From a virus, in the IMG/VR virus record IMGVR_UViG_3300030060_007423, positions 32,001 to 96,000 of that record: a DNA stretch of 64,000 nt; one strand, written 5' to 3'. A model generated the notes under the pieces. That model was given only the letters and a program-made list of their open reading frames with translations, searched no databases and was not told where the DNA came from. Below are positions 1-7,763 of this stretch, one piece after another. The position numbers were made by a program, and so were the translations under genes. How positions within the stretch are numbered: position 1 is the stretch's first letter; each line of letters begins with the position of its first letter.

Positions 1-1
1 T

Positions 2-172
2 AAGTTTGTCGATGAAATGTTACTTGCTCAAGACGCCCGAGCAGTTAGAACGTTTATAGGTGACATTATGCCAGATGTGGATATGTCATTTAAGTTTATC
101 AGCGATGAAACTGGCGAGGAGAGGGAGATGGAGATACCGATTGGTATCACGTTTTTTTGGCCTGACGCCTAA
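2..172 (+). CDS. 3' end of a tail-assembly chaperone / T4 gp26-like baseplate hub assembly protein (partial, runs off the window)
   Basis: Own translation of frame +2: KFVDEMLLAQDARAVRTFIGDIMPDVDMSFKFISDETGEEREMEIPIGITFFWPDA*, TAA at 170-172. Lies upstream of the tape measure gene. Not in the ORF track. Confidence 0.7.
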   Translation, partial: KFVDEMLLAQDARAVRTFIGDIMPDVDMSFKFISDETGEEREMEIPIGITFFWPDA

Positions 173-428
173 GGATAAACCATTACTTCATAAGGCTATA
201 TTTCAACTTGTATTTTTTGGGGGTGAAACTGGTGCAGGTTTTTCATGGGATGTAGTTTATAATTTACCAATATGGTTAAGAAATTTTTATTCTGATGAAG
301 TAGAGGCATGGTTCCGAAGAAAGAACGAAGCTTCAACTGACCGGAACTTTAATAAGAACAACAAAGACAAAAATAATAAAACATCTGGAGTTGTTAATCC
401 CCCATCATTTGGTACCGGAGGCCGCTAA
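153..428 (+). CDS. Frameshift-accessed C-terminal extension of the tail chaperone (G/GT-like; gp51-like motif)
   Basis: Frame of ORF 60..428 after the T7 run at 152-158 reads FFGLTPKDKPLLHKAIFQL...GFSWDVVYNLPIWLRNFY. It has no Met downstream of the run. The YNLPIWLR motif resembles gp51/TAC-GT C-terminal segments. Confidence 0.6.
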   Translation, partial: FFGLTPKDKPLLHKAIFQLVFFGGETGAGFSWDVVYNLPIWLRNFYSDEVEAWFRRKNEASTDRNFNKNNKDKNNKTSGVVNPPSFGTGGR

Positions 429-444
429 TTTTTAGCGGCTTCTT
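418..444 (+). terminator. Intrinsic terminator-like hairpin
   Basis: GAGGCCGCTAA-TTT-TTAGCGGCTTC: 11-bp stem with one G:U, overlapping the stop codon at 426-428. Confidence 0.6.
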
Positions 445-454
445 GATATTTATA
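445..454 (+). promoter_or_regulatory. Class-2 motif GATATTTATA (candidate late promoter)
   Basis: Same core recurs in intergenic DNA at 12657, 15138, 20525, 35732, 40872, 63442 and 63906. Confidence 0.55.
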
Positions 455-490
455 ATTGAGTATAAATACCACTAATAGAGGAGAATTTAC

Positions 491-700
491 ATGATTGGTA
501 AAGCACTAGGACGATTCATAGCATTCATTGCAGGAGCAGGTCCATATAAAGAACTTAAAAATATTGTAAAAGACAATCCAGAATTCGCAAACGAATATCG
601 TTCAATAAGATCCGATTTAGATAGAGACATTGCAGAGGCAGAAGCTTTATTAAAAAAGATACAAAAGAAAACTGGTAAAAAAATAAAATCAATTAAGTAA
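491..700 (+). CDS. Small hypothetical protein in the tail module
   Basis: 69-aa ORF with GAGGAG SD; fills the gap before the tape measure gene. Confidence 0.75.
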   Translation: MIGKALGRFIAFIAGAGPYKELKNIVKDNPEFANEYRSIRSDLDRDIAEAEALLKKIQKKTGKKIKSIK

Positions 701-726
701 CAATTATTTCAACAATAGGTTAACCA

Positions 727-3700
727 ATGGCTACACAAAAAAACATAGATAGTCTTCGTGAGCAAAGCGAGATAATGGATGGGTTAGTTTCTAAACAAGA
801 GAAGCTATCACAACTATATTCTAAACAGCAAACAGCTTATGAGGAAATGGACAAGCGAACAACTGAAGCAAAAAACTTGTCTAAAGTTCTTGTGATGAAT
901 AAAGCCAAAGAGGTTAAACACCAGGAAAAATTAAATAATTTTGCAGACAAATACGAAAAGACCTTAAAGAAAGTTGAGCGTGCACAACAAAGAATGAATA
1001 TGAATATTGATAAAGTATCTGGAAAATTTGCAGATATGGCAAGAAATGTTCCGTTCATTGGTGATAACCTTGCACAGAGTATTGAAGATGGTGCAGAAGA
1101 TGCTAAAAAGGCAATGGGATCATTCTTTGATAAATCAATGACTCAACAAGAAAGAATGAAAAAAGGTTTTAAGGGAATGGGTAGCGTTGTTAAGATGGTA
1201 TTTGGTGGTTTAATAATGGCCGCTATAGGTGGAATCTTTTCATTTATCTTTCAACAAATCCAACGTGCACGTGACTTAATGTATGAAATAGACTCAGCAG
1301 CAACTGGTGTTCAACGAAGTCTAAAGTTAAGTGGAAAGGGTGTTGCTAATTTAACAAGAGGTTTAAGTGGTGTAAAATATTACGGTGATGCATTTGCTTC
1401 ATCAATGACGGCTGTACAAGAGTCAATGGGATTCCTTCCACAACTTACAGCTAAAGAAGCCAACCTAATGGCTAGGTTAAATAAAAACATGGGTCTTGGT
1501 GCTGACACAATAGCATCCATGTATAAAAATGCCAGCAGAATGAATATGTCATTTGACAAGTATGCTGACCATGTTGATAGAACAACCAAAATGCTCAATG
1601 AGCAAATGGGCACTAACTTTACAATTGCAGAAATACAAGAAGAGATTGCAAAGGCTGGTGATGATGTACTTGCAATGTACCAAAAAGAAAATGGCGAACT
1701 TGAAAAACAAGTAATGCTTGGTAAAAAGATTGGTCTTAACCTATCACAACAAGCTAAAATGGCTAGAGGTTTACTTGATATTGAATCTTCACTTGAGGCT
1801 CAAATGGAAGCCCAAATGTTGACGGGTAAACAACTTAATTTTGATAAAGCAAGACAGTTGGCATTAGAAGGTGATACTGCCGGTGCAAGTAAAGCAATAC
1901 TTGACCAAGTAGGTGGTGTAGCAGAATTCAACAAAATGAATATTCTACAGAAAGAAGCAATTGCAAAGGCTGCAGGATTAGAAGTTGGTGAACTTGAAAA
2001 ATCACTAGAGACACGAGAAAAAATAGCAGCTGGTGACCAAATGGCTGGAGATACTGGTACATTAGCACAAGGTGCAGGAAATGTAAGTGCAAGTGAAGCT
2101 AAAGAAATGAGAGAAGATGCAATTGCAAGTCAATTCTCAGGTATAGCAGAAAAGATTGAAAATATTAAAAAGAACATTCAAAATTTTGTTCTTAAACATT
2201 TACCAACAGTTATTGATTTTTTAGAGAAAAATGGTGGAACACTTCTTAAAGTTGCAGGTGTTTTAACTGGTGCATACATATTAAAGAAAGCATTTAATTC
2301 ATTAAAGGTATTGTTTGGAGGAAGAAGTAACTTTTTTGAAAAAGGTACAATGATGAATCCAATGGTTACTGCACCAATTGGTGGAAGTGGCGGTGGTGGA
2401 GGTGACTTCACTGATATGATAAGAGGTGCAAAGAAAGGTGATATATTCAAATATCTTAAAAAAGGATTTAGTCCAAAAAATATTACAAGAACTCTTAATC
2501 GTGGTATTATAAAGGGATTTGGTAAAAGTGGATTCAAAACACTAGCTAGGTTAGGTGGTGGTAGTGCAATAAAGGCATTAAGTGGAGCAGCAGGTCTTAT
2601 AACAACTGGTGTAATGGTTGCAAAAGATTTAAGTGACGCATCAACATCAAGAAGTGGTCGTCAAAGAGGAGCTGCAAATACTGGTGCTGCAGGAGCTGCA
2701 ACAGGTGCTGCACTAGGAGCTGCTATTGGTAGTGTAATTCCAGGTGTTGGTACATTACTTGGTGCTGGTGTTGGTGCAGGTATAGGATACTTAACTGGTA
2801 AAATTATAGGTAGTAGTGATGCATTTGCAAATAGTTTTGATAAAGCATCAGAAAAATTAGATGCAGCGTTTAAGGCAAGAACAGATATAGAAGATAGACT
2901 AATTGGTCAATATGGAGAAATACCTCCACACGTACAAGAACTAATGAATAGTTTAGATGAGGCATCCAATGCAAATATGGAAGCAGTTTATGCACAAGAC
3001 AATGCACTGTCACAACAACAAGCTGCTATGGAAGAGGCCTCTGGATTTTTTAATGATAATGAATCCCAAATTATTGGCGCAATGTTTCCACCAGAAATAG
3101 CTGAACGTGTAGAAAGACAAGCACAAAACTTTATTGATGATGGTGGTGGAACAATGGCAGAATTCTTTGATGAGTTCCCTCACTACAAAAAACAAATGTA
3201 CGACTTGTATACTTCAGGTGTTGAAGATGCTGAAATGAAACAAAGTATAATCAACAAGTTAGATGAACAAATGCAAGATGATTTTTCTAGTATGAGACAG
3301 TTTGGTAATCGTCTACAAGATGTAAGTTCAGAAGTTGGTAGTTTTTCACAAGCATGGATGATGGAAGTAATGGCATCTGATGAACGTGTAAAGAATAAAG
3401 CAATTGACTTACAACAAGAACTATATGATGAAATAGGTGGATTTGAAAATGCAACTGCACAACAAAAGAAAGACATCAATAAAAAAGTAGAAGCAGAAAT
3501 GAAAGTCTTTAGACAGGAAGAAGAGAAAAAGTTAAATGCAACCAAGCTTGAGATGGAGGAAGACTATGGTAAAACATGGTGGGGTAGAATGGGAGACTTT
3601 GCATCTGAAAAGTGGGCGGCAGCAGCTGAATGGGCAAAGGGTGCATGGGATTCAATATCAGGTTGGGCCAGTGGAGTTTGGGATAGTGTATCAACTTGGG

Positions 3701-4590
3701 CCAGCGGTGCATGGGAATCTACTAAAAACTTTGCAAGTAATGCATGGGAAAAAACAAAAGGATTTGCAAGTAGTGCTTGGGAAAATACTAAAACATTTGC
3801 AAGCAATACTTGGAATTCAATTGGAGACATGGCAAGTAGTGTATGGTCAAGTATAAGTAGTTTTGCTGGTGGAGTATGGGATTCTATAACAGGTTTTGCA
3901 AGTGACTGTTGGGATGGCATATCTGGTGTTGCAACTGATGTATGGGATAGTGTATCAGGAACAGCAACAGAAGTATGGGATAGTGTATCAGGAACAGCTA
4001 CCGCTGCATGGGATGGAATTCAAAATGCAGGAACGGCAGTATATAATGCAATGCCGGAATCTTGGCAAAATTCATTAGATAGTATAGTTAGTAAAGCTGG
4101 TGATATGTGGGATAGTGTAAAAGGAATGGCAAGTGGAGTTTGGGACAGTGTATCAGGTTGGGCTGAAGGAGCATTTGACAAAGCTAAGAGTTTAGTAAGT
4201 AATGCCTGGGAAGGTGCAAAGGATGTTGGTAGTTCTATTATTGATACATTAGTTTTCTGGGATGATGGTATTATCACAAGTGATGGTACAATGATACAAA
4301 CAGACCCGGCAGATTATATTATGGCAACCAAAAATCCATTTAAGAGTTTTGCACAAGGTATTGCTGGTGGAGCTGGAAAAGTATTTGACGCTGTTGGTAG
4401 TATATTTGGTGATGAATCAGAAAAAGAAGATGAACGTGAAAAGGATAGAAATAGACAACATGCAGAATTAATGGGTGCACTACACGCACTTATCAGAGTA
4501 ACCAAAGAAGGAACTGTAACATTAAATATGGACGGTAAAAAAGTTGGTGAAACTGTTCATGCATCATTAGCACCTAGAGGAGTAGTATAA
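727..4590 (+). CDS. Tail tape measure protein
   Basis: 1287 aa, helical/coiled-coil, hydrophobic segment near aa 155-175, glycine zipper, 11-aa Trp-periodic repeats; lies between chaperone and baseplate genes. Confidence 0.9.
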   Translation: MATQKNIDSLREQSEIMDGLVSKQEKLSQLYSKQQTAYEEMDKRTTEAKNLSKVLVMNKAKEVKHQEKLNNFADKYEKTLKKVERAQQRMNMNIDKVSGKFADMARNVPFIGDNLAQSIEDGAEDAKKAMGSFFDKSMTQQERMKKGFKGMGSVVKMVFGGLIMAAIGGIFSFIFQQIQRARDLMYEIDSAATGVQRSLKLSGKGVANLTRGLSGVKYYGDAFASSMTAVQESMGFLPQLTAKEANLMARLNKNMGLGADTIASMYKNASRMNMSFDKYADHVDRTTKMLNEQMGTNFTIAEIQEEIAKAGDDVLAMYQKENGELEKQVMLGKKIGLNLSQQAKMARGLLDIESSLEAQMEAQMLTGKQLNFDKARQLALEGDTAGASKAILDQVGGVAEFNKMNILQKEAIAKAAGLEVGELEKSLETREKIAAGDQMAGDTGTLAQGAGNVSASEAKEMREDAIASQFSGIAEKIENIKKNIQNFVLKHLPTVIDFLEKNGGTLLKVAGVLTGAYILKKAFNSLKVLFGGRSNFFEKGTMMNPMVTAPIGGSGGGGGDFTDMIRGAKKGDIFKYLKKGFSPKNITRTLNRGIIKGFGKSGFKTLARLGGGSAIKALSGAAGLITTGVMVAKDLSDASTSRSGRQRGAANTGAAGAATGAALGAAIGSVIPGVGTLLGAGVGAGIGYLTGKIIGSSDAFANSFDKASEKLDAAFKARTDIEDRLIGQYGEIPPHVQELMNSLDEASNANMEAVYAQDNALSQQQAAMEEASGFFNDNESQIIGAMFPPEIAERVERQAQNFIDDGGGTMAEFFDEFPHYKKQMYDLYTSGVEDAEMKQSIINKLDEQMQDDFSSMRQFGNRLQDVSSEVGSFSQAWMMEVMASDERVKNKAIDLQQELYDEIGGFENATAQQKKDINKKVEAEMKVFRQEEEKKLNATKLEMEEDYGKTWWGRMGDFASEKWAAAAEWAKGAWDSISGWASGVWDSVSTWASGAWESTKNFASNAWEKTKGFASSAWENTKTFASNTWNSIGDMASSVWSSISSFAGGVWDSITGFASDCWDGISGVATDVWDSVSGTATEVWDSVSGTATAAWDGIQNAGTAVYNAMPESWQNSLDSIVSKAGDMWDSVKGMASGVWDSVSGWAEGAFDKAKSLVSNAWEGAKDVGSSIIDTLVFWDDGIITSDGTMIQTDPADYIMATKNPFKSFAQGIAGGAGKVFDAVGSIFGDESEKEDEREKDRNRQHAELMGALHALIRVTKEGTVTLNMDGKKVGETVHASLAPRGVV
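3610..4235 (+). repeat. 33-bp (11-aa) tandem repeats in the tape measure, consensus ~VWDSISGWASG
   Basis: About 18 Trp/Phe-anchored 11-mers. Exact 26-bp duplicate GTATGGGATAGTGTATCAGGAACAGC at 3940 and 3973 (period 33). Confidence 0.9.
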
Positions 4591-7445
4591 TGCCAGTACC
4601 AACTAATACAAATCTTAAAGCATGGTATGAATCAAATGGAACATCACTACATAATGTTTCAGGAACGCCAACACCACCAACTACTTATCAGTTAGATGGT
4701 CAAACCTATGGTGACATTCATGGAGAAAAAGGAGACACATCTCCAGGTACAGGTATTGAGGAAACAAATGTTGATAACACAAATACATCTGTAACTTCAA
4801 ATGAGTTTACACCACAGTTTGATAGTATTACAAAATATAAAGATGTACACGGTGAAAAAGCTGATATAAATCCAGGAACAGGTATTGAAGAAACAAATTA
4901 TATTAATACTCAAACAAATGTTATATCATCAGAGTTTCTTCCACAATACAATCAGTTATTAAAATATTCTACTATTAATGGTGAATACATGGATCTTGAC
5001 CCAGGTGTTGGTATTGATGCACACGACCAAAGTGTAACTACAACAAATACTTCAGACCCAGCATTTACACCACAGTTTGATGCATCAAGTAAATATAAAG
5101 ATGTCAATGGCGAATTTGGTGATACAAATGTTGGTGCAGGTATTGAGGCACATGACCAAGGTGTAACTACAACAAACCAAGATGGTACAGATTATGGGTT
5201 TACACAAATATATCAAATAGGTGGTGATAAATATCGTGACATACATGGACAATATATTGATATATCCCCAGATGAAGGTATTCAAGAAAGTGGAATAATA
5301 GGTGCAAACGACGGGATTGGTAGTACAGGTACAAATATATCAGGGCTAGGAGCGGCTCAAACACCAAATACAATATGGGATAACGTTACAACATATAGCT
5401 CAGTAAATGGAACTTATGGCGACACACCAGCACCTGGTGATAGTATACTTTCAAGTGGACCAAACAACCCGTTTACTGGAAACTTAACACTTACAAATAT
5501 AGTTTCTGAAAATACGTCACAGTTTTTTAATTTTTCGCCAGCATATGAACAAACTTCACAATATAATGCAACTGTACCTATTCGTGCAGGAAGCGATGTA
5601 TCACCACTAGCAGTAAAATCACAACAATCATCTACTGAAGGTGGAACACTATATTTAACAAATCCAGGTACTGATAATGCATTATCATCAATGGACCATG
5701 TAAATTACTATAAAGGTACAAATCCAATATCAACATTTAGTAAAGAATTATTTGGCGCATCTGGTGGAAATAGATATGATGAAAAAGTTTTACTTGGTAG
5801 CAATGACCCAGATAATAGCCCTCTTGCAAAATACGCAATGTTAGAGGAATCGGATAGTGCACTAAAAACACAATACTTAAAGTTTAATTTAAGAAAGGAT
5901 TCTCCAAATAAATTTTCTTGGGGTGCAATAACAGACCAACCATATATTCTTAGAGGTATACAAAGAAGTGGCGGAGCTTTTCCTGATGGTGAGCCTGAAC
6001 CACAAACTTGGGGATTTGGATTAGCCGATGCAGACAAAGTTCCTGCAGGACTTGGTGATATAGCTGCACTTGTTGAAAGATTTGTATTTGATATTATAAG
6101 AGTTGGTAAATTTGCAATAAGTCCAAATGGTATATTTTGGTTAGATAAATTATTTGGAATACAGAGTTTATTACTATCAAGGTCTCTAGGTTCTAGGATA
6201 ACTAGAAAAGAAAATAATATGTTGGCTATGAGTGAAATTGAGGCTGAAGTAGATGACCCTTCTGGTGATATAATGGCAAAGGCAACAAAAAATGCAACAT
6301 CAGATAGAACGCCAAATTGGCAAACCCTTACATACATGCAAATTCTTAAGGCAAGAATTAAAAGAAAGGGTGGTAAGTCAATACATGCAATTGACTTTAG
6401 GGCTATAAAAGGAATATTTGGTAGAACACGTGGACGTGACCCAGGATTAGGTAAAAACTTTTATATGAAAAATAGTTTAGAGGCAAAACTTGGATACCCA
6501 AATTCTGGCCAGTTCAATGTTGATAGGACAAAACCATTTGCATTACATGATAATGATTATGTTGGAAATATACATGATAAAATAAACATGTTAATGACAG
6601 GTGATCAACCTGCTGAAGGTGCAGGACAATTGATTAAGTTTAACTTTCATGGAATCCAAGCAGCCCAAAATGATGAAGGTACAGCTGCACCAGTATCAAA
6701 GCAAGTAGATGCAATGTATTTTCGTGAATCAATAACAGGATTGACTGATGCGTTTGTACCAACATATGTTCCTATAAATTATATTGGTCGTTCTAGTGGT
6801 GGAATGATATATCAAAATACCGTTAGAAATATTGGATTTAATTTTGAAGTATATGCAAATAGTAAAAATGAAATGGCACCTATGTGGAATAAATTAAACA
6901 CATTAGCTTCATATACATATCCACACTTTTTTAATTCAATTCCAAATGGACAAGGAATGCCTGGTGCACCAATTATGACATTAACAGTTGGTGATTTATA
7001 TGTAGACTTGCCTGGCGTATTAACAACATTCAATATTACATTTCCAGATAATGCAATGTGGGACATATATGGTGGTGGAGTTGAACCTGAATATGAAAAT
7101 AGAAAAGGTGTAAAGTTAACACCACTAAACAATGGCGATTACTGGCAACTTCCTAGACATTGCTCTATCAATGTAGGCTTTGCAGTTATTAATCATGAAT
7201 TTGAACAAGCTGGCAAAATGAATCTATTTGGTCCGCCTAGAACTGTTCAAGCAGACGGTTCAGTAGACCTTAAAACTGGATTGCCATATCTTAATAATAA
7301 TTATCCGGCATTTTCTGACCCTACTTACAATAAAGAAGTTGAAACTCCAGGAATGAACTTAATGAAAGACTTAGTTCCTGACTTAGATACTCAACAAGAT
7401 CCAGGACAAGATGATGATAGTGTAATTGGTGGACTTGCAGGATAG
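4590..7445 (+). CDS. Tail-tube initiator / baseplate protein (gp48/gp54/P2 gpU-like C-terminal domain) with a long repetitive N-terminal extension
   Basis: C-terminal FRESITGLTD...YIGR...RNIGFNFEVYA...MWNKLN.LAS..YP...LTVGDLY...WDI...LPRHCSINVGF pattern; follows the tape measure gene. Confidence 0.65.
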   Translation: MPVPTNTNLKAWYESNGTSLHNVSGTPTPPTTYQLDGQTYGDIHGEKGDTSPGTGIEETNVDNTNTSVTSNEFTPQFDSITKYKDVHGEKADINPGTGIEETNYINTQTNVISSEFLPQYNQLLKYSTINGEYMDLDPGVGIDAHDQSVTTTNTSDPAFTPQFDASSKYKDVNGEFGDTNVGAGIEAHDQGVTTTNQDGTDYGFTQIYQIGGDKYRDIHGQYIDISPDEGIQESGIIGANDGIGSTGTNISGLGAAQTPNTIWDNVTTYSSVNGTYGDTPAPGDSILSSGPNNPFTGNLTLTNIVSENTSQFFNFSPAYEQTSQYNATVPIRAGSDVSPLAVKSQQSSTEGGTLYLTNPGTDNALSSMDHVNYYKGTNPISTFSKELFGASGGNRYDEKVLLGSNDPDNSPLAKYAMLEESDSALKTQYLKFNLRKDSPNKFSWGAITDQPYILRGIQRSGGAFPDGEPEPQTWGFGLADADKVPAGLGDIAALVERFVFDIIRVGKFAISPNGIFWLDKLFGIQSLLLSRSLGSRITRKENNMLAMSEIEAEVDDPSGDIMAKATKNATSDRTPNWQTLTYMQILKARIKRKGGKSIHAIDFRAIKGIFGRTRGRDPGLGKNFYMKNSLEAKLGYPNSGQFNVDRTKPFALHDNDYVGNIHDKINMLMTGDQPAEGAGQLIKFNFHGIQAAQNDEGTAAPVSKQVDAMYFRESITGLTDAFVPTYVPINYIGRSSGGMIYQNTVRNIGFNFEVYANSKNEMAPMWNKLNTLASYTYPHFFNSIPNGQGMPGAPIMTLTVGDLYVDLPGVLTTFNITFPDNAMWDIYGGGVEPEYENRKGVKLTPLNNGDYWQLPRHCSINVGFAVINHEFEQAGKMNLFGPPRTVQADGSVDLKTGLPYLNNNYPAFSDPTYNKEVETPGMNLMKDLVPDLDTQQDPGQDDDSVIGGLAG
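4707..5435 (+). repeat. ~43-aa (129-bp) repeats, YxDIHGExxDxxPGxGIE...FTPQF
   Basis: Five clear copies plus one degenerate copy; His codons of copies 1 and 2 at 4719 and 4848 (129 bp apart). Confidence 0.85.
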
Positions 7446-7456
7446 GAGGATAGATA

Positions 7457-7756
7457 ATGAATAGAGGACAATTTACAAATAAACATATTAAAGATGGAAA
7501 GATGAGGTATAATCAAACACTATTGTCAACTATACCTAAAAATCCAAATGATATTTATGTCATTACAGTTGTTGGAGATAGACTAGATTTAATATCTAAT
7601 ACATATTATGGTTCACCTAATTTTTGGTGGATTATTGCAGCAGCAAATAATGTTGGACTTGGAACAACTGCTGTTGCTGGAGGAATACAATTAAGAATAC
7701 CTGCGGAGACAGGTGCATTAGCTACATTAATGGAAAGATTACAACAAAGAGGATAA
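7457..7756 (+). CDS. LysM-like baseplate protein (gp53/P2 gpX-like)
   Basis: GDRLDLISNTYYGSPNFWWIIAAAN...GIQLRIP motif; AGGAGG SD. Confidence 0.85.
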   Translation: MNRGQFTNKHIKDGKMRYNQTLLSTIPKNPNDIYVITVVGDRLDLISNTYYGSPNFWWIIAAANNVGLGTTAVAGGIQLRIPAETGALATLMERLQQRG

Positions 7757-7763
7757 ATAAGTT

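Noticed and set aside
60-152. ORF-track N-terminus of 60..428 (MTLCQMWICH...)
   Set aside because: It overlaps the real frame +2 gene ending at 172 and has atypical composition; only the part after the T7 run looks coding.
3610-5435. Periodic repeats as a CRISPR array or DGR template/variable repeats
   Set aside because: The repeats are in-frame coding units with synonymous variation, no unique spacers, no adenine-specific mismatch pattern, and no reverse transcriptase in the window.
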